Below the pieces are notes generated by a model. That model made no database searches. It saw nothing but the letters and a program-made list of their open reading frames with translations, and was not told where the DNA came from. Shown piece after piece: positions 1 through 12,299 of a stretch of 44,857 nt of DNA (positions are counted from its first letter, which is position 1; the number at the start of each line of letters is the position of its first letter). Both the position numbers and the translations under genes were made by a program. Origin of the DNA: Limisphaerales bacterium. GTDB lineage: Bacteria; Verrucomicrobiota; Verrucomicrobiia; Limisphaerales; SIBE01. The stretch spans positions 1 to 44,857 of the forward strand of contig JBGAIN010000052.1 in the NCBI GenBank assembly GCA_044225505.1, in the 5' to 3' direction.

Positions 1-202
1 ATCCGGCCGTCGCAGACCAGCCGGGTTGCTGCCAGGAAGGCAGGAGTCTGGAATGTCTCATCGCTCTTAATCACGACCGGCCCGGGCCTGAATTCCTCAC
101 GCTCCCGGCACCTGGAGACCCGGACGGTCGGTTGCTGCTGCCTGACGGACACCCTTTCTGACAATGGAAACTCACGACCCATCTCGACGGTAAATCGCAA
201 CG

Positions 203-1501
203 TTGAAAACCATTATATCCGCGACGCGGCTCATTCACGCCGCCTTGTGTTCAACGACGCAACGTTTTATGGACGCTTGTCAGCGGCTTGGCGTTGGTCG
301 CGACGATATCCCGTTTGCACGCTGCCGAATGGCCGATCGTCGAGCCGGAACAAGCCGGTCTTTCGACCTCTAAACTGGCGGAGGTGGATCGGTATATGGA
401 GCGTGCCATTGCCCAACAGAAAATGGCTGGAGGAATTGTCATGGTGTCGCACGGAGGGAAGATTGGATGCTTCCGCAGTTACGGGCAGATGGATCGCGAA
501 GCGGGCAAAGTGATGCAGCGCGATACCATATTCCGCATCTACTCCATGAGTAAGGCGATCACGACGGCGGCTGCCTTAACGCTCTATGAAGCCGAGAAAC
601 TGGATCTTAAAGACCCGGTCTCCAAATACATTCCGAGTTTCGCCAATTTACAGGTGGCGGCGCTGGAAGGATTGCGCATGCCCGTTCGGGAAATGACGGT
701 CCGGGACCTGATGCTGCATACCGCCGGCTTGTCTTATGGGTCTGGGCCAGACGCGGTGAAGGAAGGATATACGCGCTTGAAGCCGCTGGAATCGACCAAC
801 CTTACAGAAATGATGGAGAAGCTTGCCCAGATCCCTCTGGCGTTTGATCCGGGCTCAGACTGGCTCTATTCGGTTGCCACGGATGTCCTCGGGCGCGTGA
901 TCGAAGTCGCAAGCGGCACGCCGCTCGACAAGTTCCTGCAACAAACCATCTTTGAGCCGCTCGATATGCCCGACACGGCCTTCAGCGTCCCTCCCGAGAA
1001 GCTCGCGCGATTTGCGGCCAATTACAGTCGCTCCACGAACGGTCTGAAAGTCATCGATGCACCCGTAGACTCCAAGTTCGCCAAACAGGTGACGCTGTTC
1101 TCGGGTGGGGGTGGGCTGGTGAGTACGGCTCGGGATTATATGCGATTCTTGAGAATGATCGAAGAAGGGGGAACGTTGGACGGACTCAGATTCTTCGGCG
1201 CGGGACGGTCAACTTGATGAGAAACAATCAGCTACCCGCGAAAGCGTTTCCGATCTATTTCGGAAATGAAGTCCGCTACGGCACAGGGTTTGGGCTTGGG
1301 TTTTGCGTCCGCACGGCGAACACAGACTGGGATCCAGCAGGGCATGTGGGCGAGTATGGCTGGGGTGGGGCCGCTTCGACGCATTATTGGGGTGGAAGTC
1401 CGGCAGATCGATTGATTGTGGTGACGCTGGAACAGATCATGCCGTATCAGTGGGACACGGAATTCGGGCTCAAGCGGGTCATTTATGATGCGCTCCGATG
1501 A
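203..1501 (+). CDS. Secreted serine hydrolase, beta-lactamase class C/EstB family; split by apparent frameshift(s)
   Basis: ORF 288-1217 has SxxK (IYSMSK), LMLHTAGL and WLYSVATD motifs. ORF 1214-1501 supplies the C-terminal YGWGGAAST. Adding one A at ~1190 joins them (GLRILRRGTVNLMRNNQL). An in-frame signal peptide lies upstream of 288; removing one A from the A-run at 206-209 gives a TTG start at 203. Confidence 0.85.
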
Positions 1502-1771
1502 GCCCACGGGGATGCGCGTCCCGAGGCGCAGTTTTCAGCGAGGCGGTGCTTCTGACCTGTTCATCTTTATCATTCTGGTTGTTTCAAGTAAACGGGCCTG
1601 GTTCAGCCCTGTGTCAGGAATCCGTGCGAAATACGGCTGAGGGGTGCATCTCGACAGCACACCTTTAGTTGGCGCGCGGATTCTTGAGTCCGCCGGACGG
1701 CGTCCGATGTACAGCAGCTCGAATCCTTCGCGATCGCGGTCGTGCCTGTGACATTCCTGCGGGATAAATCC

Positions 1772-2069
1772 TAATGCCATCCGGTACTGCTTCCCTGGCG
1801 CCCCGATGGGGCAACTTCGAGAATAGCTCGGCGTTTTAACGCCGAGGGCGAATGGCAAGGCGACCAAGTCCCGACGGACGGCCGAGGACGTGGCATTGAA
1901 CGGAAGAACCGAGATAAAGGGATCACAAGGTCGAACCCAAACGCCCTCTTCCTCGCCGCCCACGTTCTCCGGGGCTTGGGCCCTCTCACTGGAGCACCCG
2001 GCGCTAAAGCGACCGGGCTTCTCTCATTCTGTCCCTTCCGGGACTGAATAGAATTACCGAATGGCATTA
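1772..2069. mobile_element. Non-autonomous MITE-like element with IS4-type ends
   Basis: 15-bp terminal inverted repeats TAATGCCATCCGGTA (1772-1786) and TACCGAATGGCATTA (2055-2069), 14/15 match. Flanked by exact 10-bp direct repeats GGATAAATCC (1762-1771, 2070-2079). No transposase ORF. Confidence 0.8.
1800..2044. repeat. Inverted pair of bipartite REP-like palindromes inside the MITE
   Basis: GCCCC-GAT-GGGGC (1800-1812) plus CTCGGCGTT-TT-AACGCCGAG (1827-1846). Mirrored by CCCGGCGCTAAAGCGACCGGG (1997-2017) plus GTCCC-TTCC-GGGAC (2031-2044). Confidence 0.6.
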
Positions 2070-2440
2070 GGATAAATCCCGCGATCCTGGGGGTACTGTC
2101 AAGATACGCCCACGGTTGAGACCAAACGCGACTCAAATGCACGATCTTTCAGAGATCAAGGATTCTAAAATCGGACAAGAGGCTAGTTGACAACGATCGG
2201 AGTTACGTCAGCTGGGTGAGACTTCCTCCTGGTGCCGGGATTGACAGCGCCGGGGCGGGAGGTGCTTTTCGCCAGTGCATAAAAGGCAACCTGCTGGCTA
2301 AATTCCCACAGTTTTCCCAGAGACAACTGGCCAAGATCGTTCCGCTGCCTATTCCGAACACACTCGAGAGCCGCAGCGAGAGACGCTGGCGGCGGATCCA
2401 AACGGGCACGATGAGATTAGTCCGCGTTGACGGCGCTTGA

Positions 2441-2456
2441 TGGCACCCGGCCTGCT
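2441..2456 (+). promoter_or_regulatory. Putative sigma54 (-24/-12) promoter
   Basis: TGGCACCCGGCCTGCT fits TGGCAC-N5-tTGCW with exact GG-N10-GC spacing, about 120 bp upstream of the DUF3445 start. Confidence 0.45.
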
Positions 2457-2577
2457 CTCGATCGAGCGAACGCTCGTTGGAGTTGGAGATGCGAGTGAAG
2501 AGATCCGCGGGCCTAGTCTGTCTGCGCCGTGACACCCATCGCTCAAAGGAAGCTGAATCTTAGGCCATACGCAAGCC

Positions 2578-3507
2578 ATGTTGCCTTACTTCCCATTTGG
2601 AGACCAGTTTGACCCTGGAATGGGGATGCGCCTGCTCAGAGCGGACGAGCCGCTTTGCCATGTGGAATTACCTCAACTCCAGGAACAGCTAACTCTCAAA
2701 GAAAAATTGCTAACGGACGATCTTCCTTACTACTTCCAAGGAGGCGAGGAGACGTTGCAGGCGCAGTGGGATGTGGTGGAACTGGTTGCCTCAGACCTGG
2801 CTCGCCAGTTTCCGCAGGAAGTAACTTGGCGTTCCAACGAGGCGAACCGAGAATGGCAGAATCGGTTGATCGGGAACTCGGCCAAGTTCGAGTGGGGCAA
2901 CTCCGCAACGCTGTCGCTTGAGCCGCTGGACTGGATCGGTCGTCAAGTTCAAGAGGACTTGGTGTTGTTAAGCGCCGACTCGGCGGCAAGTTTCGTCGGA
3001 GGCCATTTGTGCTTTGCCAACGGATGGGACATCCAGGACCGTTTGGGAAAATCATTTCTCGAGATTCATCAAAGGACACCCCAAGCGACCATGGCCTCGG
3101 TGCACACGGGAGCGCGCTTTCTGGAGAACCTTAAGCCAGGTCGGACGTTCTGGTGGATGAGCTGGAATTTCAAACTCACCGATCAAATGGATATGACAAC
3201 GCGGCATAAACGCGCTTACAAGGCTGAATTTGCGCGGGTCGCGCCGACGTTGACGGTGGATACGGTCGGGGCCGCAGTGTTCATTCGGATCGAACGACAA
3301 ACGTTTACGCGCCTCGCCAAGTCCGGAATGCTGCTCTTCGGCATTCACACGTATAACAGCCAGGTTGCGGAAGAGGCGAAAGATCCACGGCGTGCGCGCA
3401 GCATTCTTAATGTGATTCGAGGAACGCCGCGTGAGGTTATGGATTACAAAGCCATCACGCCGATCGAGGGGCCGCTGGTTGCCTTTCTCGAAGCCCACGC
3501 TGCCTGA
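2578..3507 (+). CDS. DUF3445 / heme-dependent oxidative N-demethylase alpha-subunit-like protein
   Basis: Family motifs QVQEDLVLL, CFANGW-x3-RLGK-x3-EIH and RIERQTFTRL-x2-SG-x2-LFGIHTY. Confidence 0.85.
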   Translation: MLPYFPFGDQFDPGMGMRLLRADEPLCHVELPQLQEQLTLKEKLLTDDLPYYFQGGEETLQAQWDVVELVASDLARQFPQEVTWRSNEANREWQNRLIGNSAKFEWGNSATLSLEPLDWIGRQVQEDLVLLSADSAASFVGGHLCFANGWDIQDRLGKSFLEIHQRTPQATMASVHTGARFLENLKPGRTFWWMSWNFKLTDQMDMTTRHKRAYKAEFARVAPTLTVDTVGAAVFIRIERQTFTRLAKSGMLLFGIHTYNSQVAEEAKDPRRARSILNVIRGTPREVMDYKAITPIEGPLVAFLEAHAA

Positions 3508-3560
3508 GATCGAAGCAGTGTCATTTTGCCAGGCAGGTTGGTCGTTCTTGGACCGGACTG

Positions 3561-6500
3561 TCAAACTAGGTCCTTCTCGAGCGCCGTGCACAGCCAAGCT
3601 TGATTGATTCTCCAAAAAGGGAAGCGCGCGCGAATCTCTCCGGTGCGCCCTCTGGTCTCCAGCAGGCGCAGGATCGAGCCGCGGCCGTCCTCAGCGGTTT
3701 TCCATGTGACGACGCTCACGTGTTCCGACCCAAGATCAAGAAACGATCCGCTCGTCCCGGGTAAATAGCCGCGGTCGGGGGAGGCTTTATCGTTGGAGGT
3801 GACTTCATTGATTTCAAGCGGGGTGGTAGCTTCTGCACCCAGTCGAGCCAGAGCAGAGGCGCCCAGGTGCGGACCGCTTGTCAGTGAGTAACGGAAAACG
3901 AATGTTCCACCCTGTCCGGCTTGGTAGCCTTCAGGAGTGTAGTTATTCATCACGTAGCTGTATACCGTCGCTGGCCGGTGACCGAACTCGCGTGGCCATT
4001 TCCCTCGTGCGATGTCGCCTAGCGTGATCAACGGCGCGTCGACCAGGGCCAGGCCAATACTGACGTCCTGGTCGTCTACGGCTATCCAGTCTTGCGGGCA
4101 AAACCATTCCAGAGAAGCGCCTGGCAATAGATCTTTCTCGGGATCCACGACTCCGTTTTGGGTGCCAAAGCGAAAGTGGGGATTTGCCAGTGCGAAAGGG
4201 AAGCAAAAGTAAGCTGCTTCCTTGCGCTCGGTATAGGTTTTCTGAACGCGGTTTAAAATCTCGATTCTTTTGTCGCCTTCGCGGAGCGAGAGTTCGGTCA
4301 GCACGCTGGGACTATTGACCGTGGAAGATTCAATGCGCGCGGTCAGGCCCAGGGGCGATCGTTCTGCGGATAGCAGTCGACTTTGCGTGGCCGGTCGGAG
4401 ATGCAGATCTGGCAGTGGCGTGACAGTACTGTATTGCACTAATCGGTTAGGCAGGGTATCGGCCCCTTCGACATAGAGGTACTGACCAAACCCGGACGTC
4501 TCGTTCGATCGAGCGAGGTTCCGCCCGAGCTGTTTGTCGTAGAGACTGAGGATTTGACCGGATACCGGATCCAGCTCGACGCGATAGGCTGCTGTTTCCA
4601 GCACGCCGTCTTGAATTCGTTGGTTCGCATCTCGCTTGGGAGCATCGCGCACGATACGGAAGCATCGGTAGCCGATGCCAGGCACGGCACGGGCGAGAAC
4701 TTTGAGATGCTCGATCTGGTTTCCCTTGGAGAGGACCTGGTCGGGTGCCCAGGCGCCGCTTTCCACATCCTGAAGTCGAGCGCCCACGGGAACATCGAGT
4801 TCGATTTCTCCGTCCCGGGTCCAGTTTAAGGGGTTGAAGACAAGAATCGTTCCTGCGGGGGCCCGCACTTCGTCTGCCAGGGCGGCCAGACCCCGTTCGA
4901 GCAGTTGATCGATCTGGCTTTGCGCGCGGGTTGCGCGGGCGTCTTTCGCTGCCCCTTGGCGAACGGATTGTTGGCTCTTCGGTTCGCGCACGCTACAGTC
5001 GGCATGCCAGGTGTGTTCATCGATCAGGAGAATCTCTCTCCAAGCGTCGCCCAAGGCTCGTTGGTCCGGGGCGACACGGCGGTTCGCTAGGGATGCCAAC
5101 GCGCCGACCTTCTCGGCCGAAAGTATTCTGCGCATGTTCCGGCGTGCCAGAGCCGTCGTGAGCGCGTTCGCTCCCAGGCCGTCTTCCCAATAGGGGCCGC
5201 CATCGCCTCGCACTAGCGGCAGGTTAGTGGAGGCAATCTGATTGGTGATGGAATGAAGTGCTTCATCGAAACGGGCAAACTGTAAGCGCGGGTAGGCGAA
5301 GCGCGCATTCCATTCTTCAACGAGCTGAGTCTGGGCCGGGTGAAGGTCTCCATTTTCAGCTTGAGAACCATAGAGAATGACGGCATCGGCAGTGTAGCTG
5401 GGACGGTCGTAGGCTTGGAGATACCTGGGGAGAGAGCCCCGACCGTTCTCGAGTTGAGGCGGCAGGCCAAAGAGGCTGGCCAACTGATGATAATGACGGG
5501 AGTACCACGTCAAGACCCGACCGCCATCAGGTCCTTCCCACAACTGCGGCGATTTTTCATGATAGCGATTGTAGAGGAGGAAAGGGGCTCGGTAAGCGTC
5601 GCTCGCCGCGACAAACGCTGTCACGCCACTGGCCGCCAGAACCGAGGCGAAGGACCAGGAGTAGTTTGGGACGTCCGTGTTCAGAGCAACTCCGAGCGGA
5701 ACGCCGTGCTGCTCGGCAAAACGTTGACTCGGATAGAGCAGGCGAATCAGGTTTTCGAGCGACGCAAACCCTGTAAACGGACTGCAGTAGACGGCAGGGA
5801 GAGAGATTCTCCCATCGCGCATGGATCGCAGCAGTCGTTCTCGTTGCTCTGCCTGGCGTCCATTCCAGAACTCTTCAATGCACCAGTAACCATCGGGCGT
5901 GAAGCGGAAACTGGGATCGCGCTCCGTCCAATCAATCGCGCGGTCTAAGATTCGGCTCTGAATCTCCGAGACTTTCGAGGCGGAATCGGTGTAGCCAACG
6001 TCCAGGTGAACGTTGGGCACGACGTAAAGGGTCCACTTGCGCGCGGGTTTGACGAGAGTATGGAAAGTCCAGGATTGTGGATCCGCTCGGACGATCACCT
6101 CAGCCAGTTGCTCGCCCTGAAATTCCGAGACCAGGAACGGCACAAGGACCTCGCCAAACTGTGCGTCGGTCTGGAAGCGTTCGACATAAAGTTGGCCGCC
6201 GAGAACGAGGGTTGCCGTCCCCGAGCCTGACGGAAGGGGAAATCCGACGAGCGTGACATCGACACGCTCTCGGGTTGGGTAAGCTCCTTCGTAAAAGATC
6301 GTTGGTTCAACACGAACGGACGGACCGTTTGGGTCCGGCTGATCGGTTGCCGTCAAAGCGAGCGCGTCGTAGTGAATGCCTGAGCTGCCCGGCCAAGCAA
6401 ATCCTGCGGGACGAGTATCGTCCCGAGCGTTCGGATCATCGACCGCTGTCAAGACGATGGAGTTCGTTCCAGATTGCAGAAACTCAGTGGGTATACTGGC

Positions 6501-6992
6501 CTTTAAGGTGACGTGAGAATAATGGGGCAAGAAGAACACGCCAGGATCACCGCCGCTATACTCGAGCCGTGGCTCTTGGAGAAAGTATCCCTTACGGCCG
6601 TTCACTTCGACTTGAAGTTTTGGAAGTCGTGCGCTGTAGGCTAAGAGGCTCAACTCGAGGTCGTAGGCGCGCGCTCGGGGTTCCGCGAGATCAAATTGAA
6701 TGGTGCAGGGGTGAGGTCGATAACCCGCACCGCCATTGGCCGTTCCTGGTTGAAAGGCGGGCCAATCACGGGCGGGTGACGATTTACCGATCTGGTAGAC
6801 GAAATCCTGATTCGGGTCCGAATAGTTGAACCGTGCGTTCGACGTTGGGTCGATCCATGGACGGAACTCGGCCGAGGATCGATCCAACGTTCCGATCTGC
6901 CATAGGGTTCCAGGGCCTTCGCCCGCGCTTATCCAGGGAATCATGCAGGAAAGAAAGAGAAGCAGCAAAGACCAGGATAGAACCGGTGGCAT
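3561..6992 (-). CDS. Secreted GH38 alpha-mannosidase-like glycoside hydrolase with N-terminal PL4/CBM-like beta-sandwich
   Basis: Signal peptide; HLDVGYTD metal-binding motif, DVPNYSWS, WEGPDG, DEHTW, VFNPLNWTR and WKTAEDGRG-x-ILRL. The C-terminus looks slightly truncated. Confidence 0.85.
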   Translation of the reverse strand: MPPVLSWSLLLLFLSCMIPWISAGEGPGTLWQIGTLDRSSAEFRPWIDPTSNARFNYSDPNQDFVYQIGKSSPARDWPAFQPGTANGGAGYRPHPCTIQFDLAEPRARAYDLELSLLAYSARLPKLQVEVNGRKGYFLQEPRLEYSGGDPGVFFLPHYSHVTLKASIPTEFLQSGTNSIVLTAVDDPNARDDTRPAGFAWPGSSGIHYDALALTATDQPDPNGPSVRVEPTIFYEGAYPTRERVDVTLVGFPLPSGSGTATLVLGGQLYVERFQTDAQFGEVLVPFLVSEFQGEQLAEVIVRADPQSWTFHTLVKPARKWTLYVVPNVHLDVGYTDSASKVSEIQSRILDRAIDWTERDPSFRFTPDGYWCIEEFWNGRQAEQRERLLRSMRDGRISLPAVYCSPFTGFASLENLIRLLYPSQRFAEQHGVPLGVALNTDVPNYSWSFASVLAASGVTAFVAASDAYRAPFLLYNRYHEKSPQLWEGPDGGRVLTWYSRHYHQLASLFGLPPQLENGRGSLPRYLQAYDRPSYTADAVILYGSQAENGDLHPAQTQLVEEWNARFAYPRLQFARFDEALHSITNQIASTNLPLVRGDGGPYWEDGLGANALTTALARRNMRRILSAEKVGALASLANRRVAPDQRALGDAWREILLIDEHTWHADCSVREPKSQQSVRQGAAKDARATRAQSQIDQLLERGLAALADEVRAPAGTILVFNPLNWTRDGEIELDVPVGARLQDVESGAWAPDQVLSKGNQIEHLKVLARAVPGIGYRCFRIVRDAPKRDANQRIQDGVLETAAYRVELDPVSGQILSLYDKQLGRNLARSNETSGFGQYLYVEGADTLPNRLVQYSTVTPLPDLHLRPATQSRLLSAERSPLGLTARIESSTVNSPSVLTELSLREGDKRIEILNRVQKTYTERKEAAYFCFPFALANPHFRFGTQNGVVDPEKDLLPGASLEWFCPQDWIAVDDQDVSIGLALVDAPLITLGDIARGKWPREFGHRPATVYSYVMNNYTPEGYQAGQGGTFVFRYSLTSGPHLGASALARLGAEATTPLEINEVTSNDKASPDRGYLPGTSGSFLDLGSEHVSVVTWKTAEDGRGSILRLLETRGRTGEIRARFPFWRINQAWLCTALEKDLV

Positions 6993-7210
6993 GGCCGAGG
7001 AATAAAGATGAACCTCGGTAGTTGTCCAGTCGGTTTATGGTAAGACCCGAGTTGGGGTGCGGGAGACTCAGAGCGAGTAAGGACCAGGGCAATTGGCGAA
7101 ACTCGCCGCAGAGGCAATGGTTGCGTCGCGACAAATCGCCATGGCGAGCTCGCCAAACGGAAGGGAAGGAGTCATTCTAGCGGACAGCCGTGGCGGTCCG
7201 CGGTTCTCAT

Positions 7211-7960
7211 ATGGCGAGGGTTCGATTGGACCAGGCACTCGTGGAGCGTGGCTTTTGTCCGAGCCGTGAAAAGGCGCAGCGAGCGATTTTGGCAGGCCAG
7301 GTTCGAGTGAATGAACAGCTGGGTCGCAAACCGAGCGATCTGGTGCATTCCTCGGACCAGGTAACTCTCCTGGCGCCGGAGAGGTATGTCAGCCGCGGCG
7401 GGTACAAGCTGGAACATGGACTGAGCTATTTCCAACTCCATGTGCAAGGATGCACTGCCGTTGACTTGGGTGCATCGACGGGCGGTTTTACGGATTGCTT
7501 GCTGCAGCACGGAGCAGCGCGCGTCTATGCGGTAGACGTTGGCCAAGGGCAACTTGCCTGGAAACTCCGGCAGGATCCTCGCGTCGTGGTGATGGAACGA
7601 GTCAATGCCCGCCGTCTGACCCGCGGGGATTTTGCGCAGCCCTTTTCCGAAGTGGATCTGGTGGTGATTGATTGCTCGTTTATTTCGCTGCAGAAAGTCT
7701 TGCCGAATGCGGTCAGTCTAGTTCGCCCTGCAGGCACGATCGTGGCCTTGATCAAGCCGCAGTTCGAAGCGGGCCGCGAGGAAGCGGATCGAGGCGCTGG
7801 GGTGATTACCGACCCGGCCATCCATGCCCGTGTCTTGCAGGAGTTGGAGCGGTTCGCCCAGGAAAAGATGTTGCTAGACTGGTGCGGGGTTGTGGAGTCG
7901 CCTCTGCTTGGCCCCGCTGGCAACAAAGAGTTTATCGTAAAACTGAAACGCCGAGCCTGA
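7211..7960 (+). CDS. tlyA: TlyA family rRNA (cytidine-2'-O)-methyltransferase
   Basis: S4 domain (RLDQALVERG..SREKAQRAI), YVSRGGYKL, DLGASTGGFTDCLLQ, DCSFISL, LIKPQFE and GNKEF. Confidence 0.95.
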   Translation: MARVRLDQALVERGFCPSREKAQRAILAGQVRVNEQLGRKPSDLVHSSDQVTLLAPERYVSRGGYKLEHGLSYFQLHVQGCTAVDLGASTGGFTDCLLQHGAARVYAVDVGQGQLAWKLRQDPRVVVMERVNARRLTRGDFAQPFSEVDLVVIDCSFISLQKVLPNAVSLVRPAGTIVALIKPQFEAGREEADRGAGVITDPAIHARVLQELERFAQEKMLLDWCGVVESPLLGPAGNKEFIVKLKRRA

Positions 7961-8077
7961 GATCACGGTCAGGATAGAGCGCAGAACGGCGACTAACCTC
8001 TGTCCTGGCGAGCGGCGGAAGCAGAATCTTTCCCCCTTTAGTCTGGCAAGCTGCATTGAGCGTTCTAAAATTCAGGA

Positions 8078-9157
8078 ATGATCCGCTTGAAAGATGTCGC
8101 TGCACGAGCCGGCGTGTCGTTAATGACCGTTTCCAAGGTTCTGCGCGATGCTCCAGACGTTTCCCAGGCCACAAAGGCTCGGATTCGTCGCTTGGCGCAA
8201 GAGATGGGCTATGTCCCGGACGCTCTGGCACGCGGGTTACGCACCCGGCAAACGCGATTGCTCGGCCTGGTTGTCCCGGGCATCGAACATTCCTGGGTGA
8301 GTGAGGCCGTCAGCGTCATGCAGGACCGGGTCCATGAGCTCGGCTTTGACCTGCTCCTGGCACAAACGGACGAGAATGTGCAGCGGGAGGAGATCTCGAT
8401 TCGCCGGTTATTATCGCGTCATGTGGACGGGATTTTCCTTTTTCCGGTCTATCGGCTAGCTCCTGTCTCTGCCATTTATCAGGAGCTGGAAAGGTCGCGC
8501 ACGCCCACGGTCTTGCTCGGGCATCGCGCCCCGTTCTGTGCGACTTTTCCCGCGGTGGAAACGGACGATTTGTCGGCAAGCTATCGCGTGACGCAGCACC
8601 TGCTCAAGCTGGGGCATCGGCGCATTGCTTTTGTGACTGGGCCGTCTTCTGCACCGTGGGCGCAAGAACGTTTTGAAGGCTACCGACGCGCTTTGCGCGA
8701 TTCCCAGATCGGGCTTGAGGACCGCCTCGTCTTTACGGGCGGAACGACGCTGGCGGATGGCGAAAAGGCCGGGACGCAATTGCTGGGTGAATTGACGGGG
8801 GCGACGGCGATTCAAGTCGTTTCGGACCTGGTCGCGGTCGGTATCGCGCGCGCGATTACTCAGAATGGGCTTCGCATTCCCGATGACATTGCGTTAGCCG
8901 GTTTCGGCAATCATCCCTTGGGCGAGCACGGCCGAGTCCCACTAACGAGCGTACAACTCCCTCGCCAGGAGATCGGGTGGGCCGCTGTGGACGTCATGCA
9001 ACGTCTGTGGCGTGGCGAAATTCCCGAAACCCAGCGGCTCCTCGGGGAGCTGGTGATCCGTGCCAGCACAGCGCGGCCCGCACCACACGAAGAGCATGAG
9101 GCACTGGTTGGGCCAGCGCCTGTTCCCACGTTGGATTCAGAAGACGACCTTCAGTAA
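8078..9157 (+). CDS. LacI family transcriptional regulator
   Basis: N-terminal HTH LKDVAARAGVSLMTVSKVL followed by a sugar-binding domain (GHRRIAFV, ERFEGY, IPDDIALAGF). Confidence 0.95.
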   Translation: MIRLKDVAARAGVSLMTVSKVLRDAPDVSQATKARIRRLAQEMGYVPDALARGLRTRQTRLLGLVVPGIEHSWVSEAVSVMQDRVHELGFDLLLAQTDENVQREEISIRRLLSRHVDGIFLFPVYRLAPVSAIYQELERSRTPTVLLGHRAPFCATFPAVETDDLSASYRVTQHLLKLGHRRIAFVTGPSSAPWAQERFEGYRRALRDSQIGLEDRLVFTGGTTLADGEKAGTQLLGELTGATAIQVVSDLVAVGIARAITQNGLRIPDDIALAGFGNHPLGEHGRVPLTSVQLPRQEIGWAAVDVMQRLWRGEIPETQRLLGELVIRASTARPAPHEEHEALVGPAPVPTLDSEDDLQ

Positions 9158-12040
<2,883 letters not shown>

Positions 12041-12070
12041 AGCGTCATTACAGCCCGTTCCAAAATACGA

Positions 12071-12099
12071 AAAATGAGGGTTGCCAAATTCAATGTCAA
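12071..12099 (-). promoter_or_regulatory. sigma70-type promoter of acnA
   Basis: TTGACA-17 nt-CATTTT on the minus strand, about 30 nt above the ATG. Confidence 0.55.
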
Positions 12100-12299
12100 G
12101 CAACCGGCCACGGATCATGCTGGGAGCTATTATCATGCGGGCTTGGCTAGCGAGGAACGAGGATTAGGTTTGCTTGACTTTTGTCATGTCCCAGGGCGGC
12201 CGCATTTGCGATGGTGCTCGCGCGCCCCATTCCGTCCGCGGTCCGGCCGACTGTCTGGAGCGCACCTAAACTTAGAGAACGCCCGCAACGACATCTTAA

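Noticed and set aside
3..161. Open frame from the window edge ending ..GDPDGRLLLPDGHPF*
   Set aside because: Could be the tail of an upstream gene, but it is too short and has no recognisable motif.
1535..2142. Minus-strand ORFs of 142 and 123 aa over the MITE
   Set aside because: No transposase or other motif; they simply read through palindromic repeat DNA.
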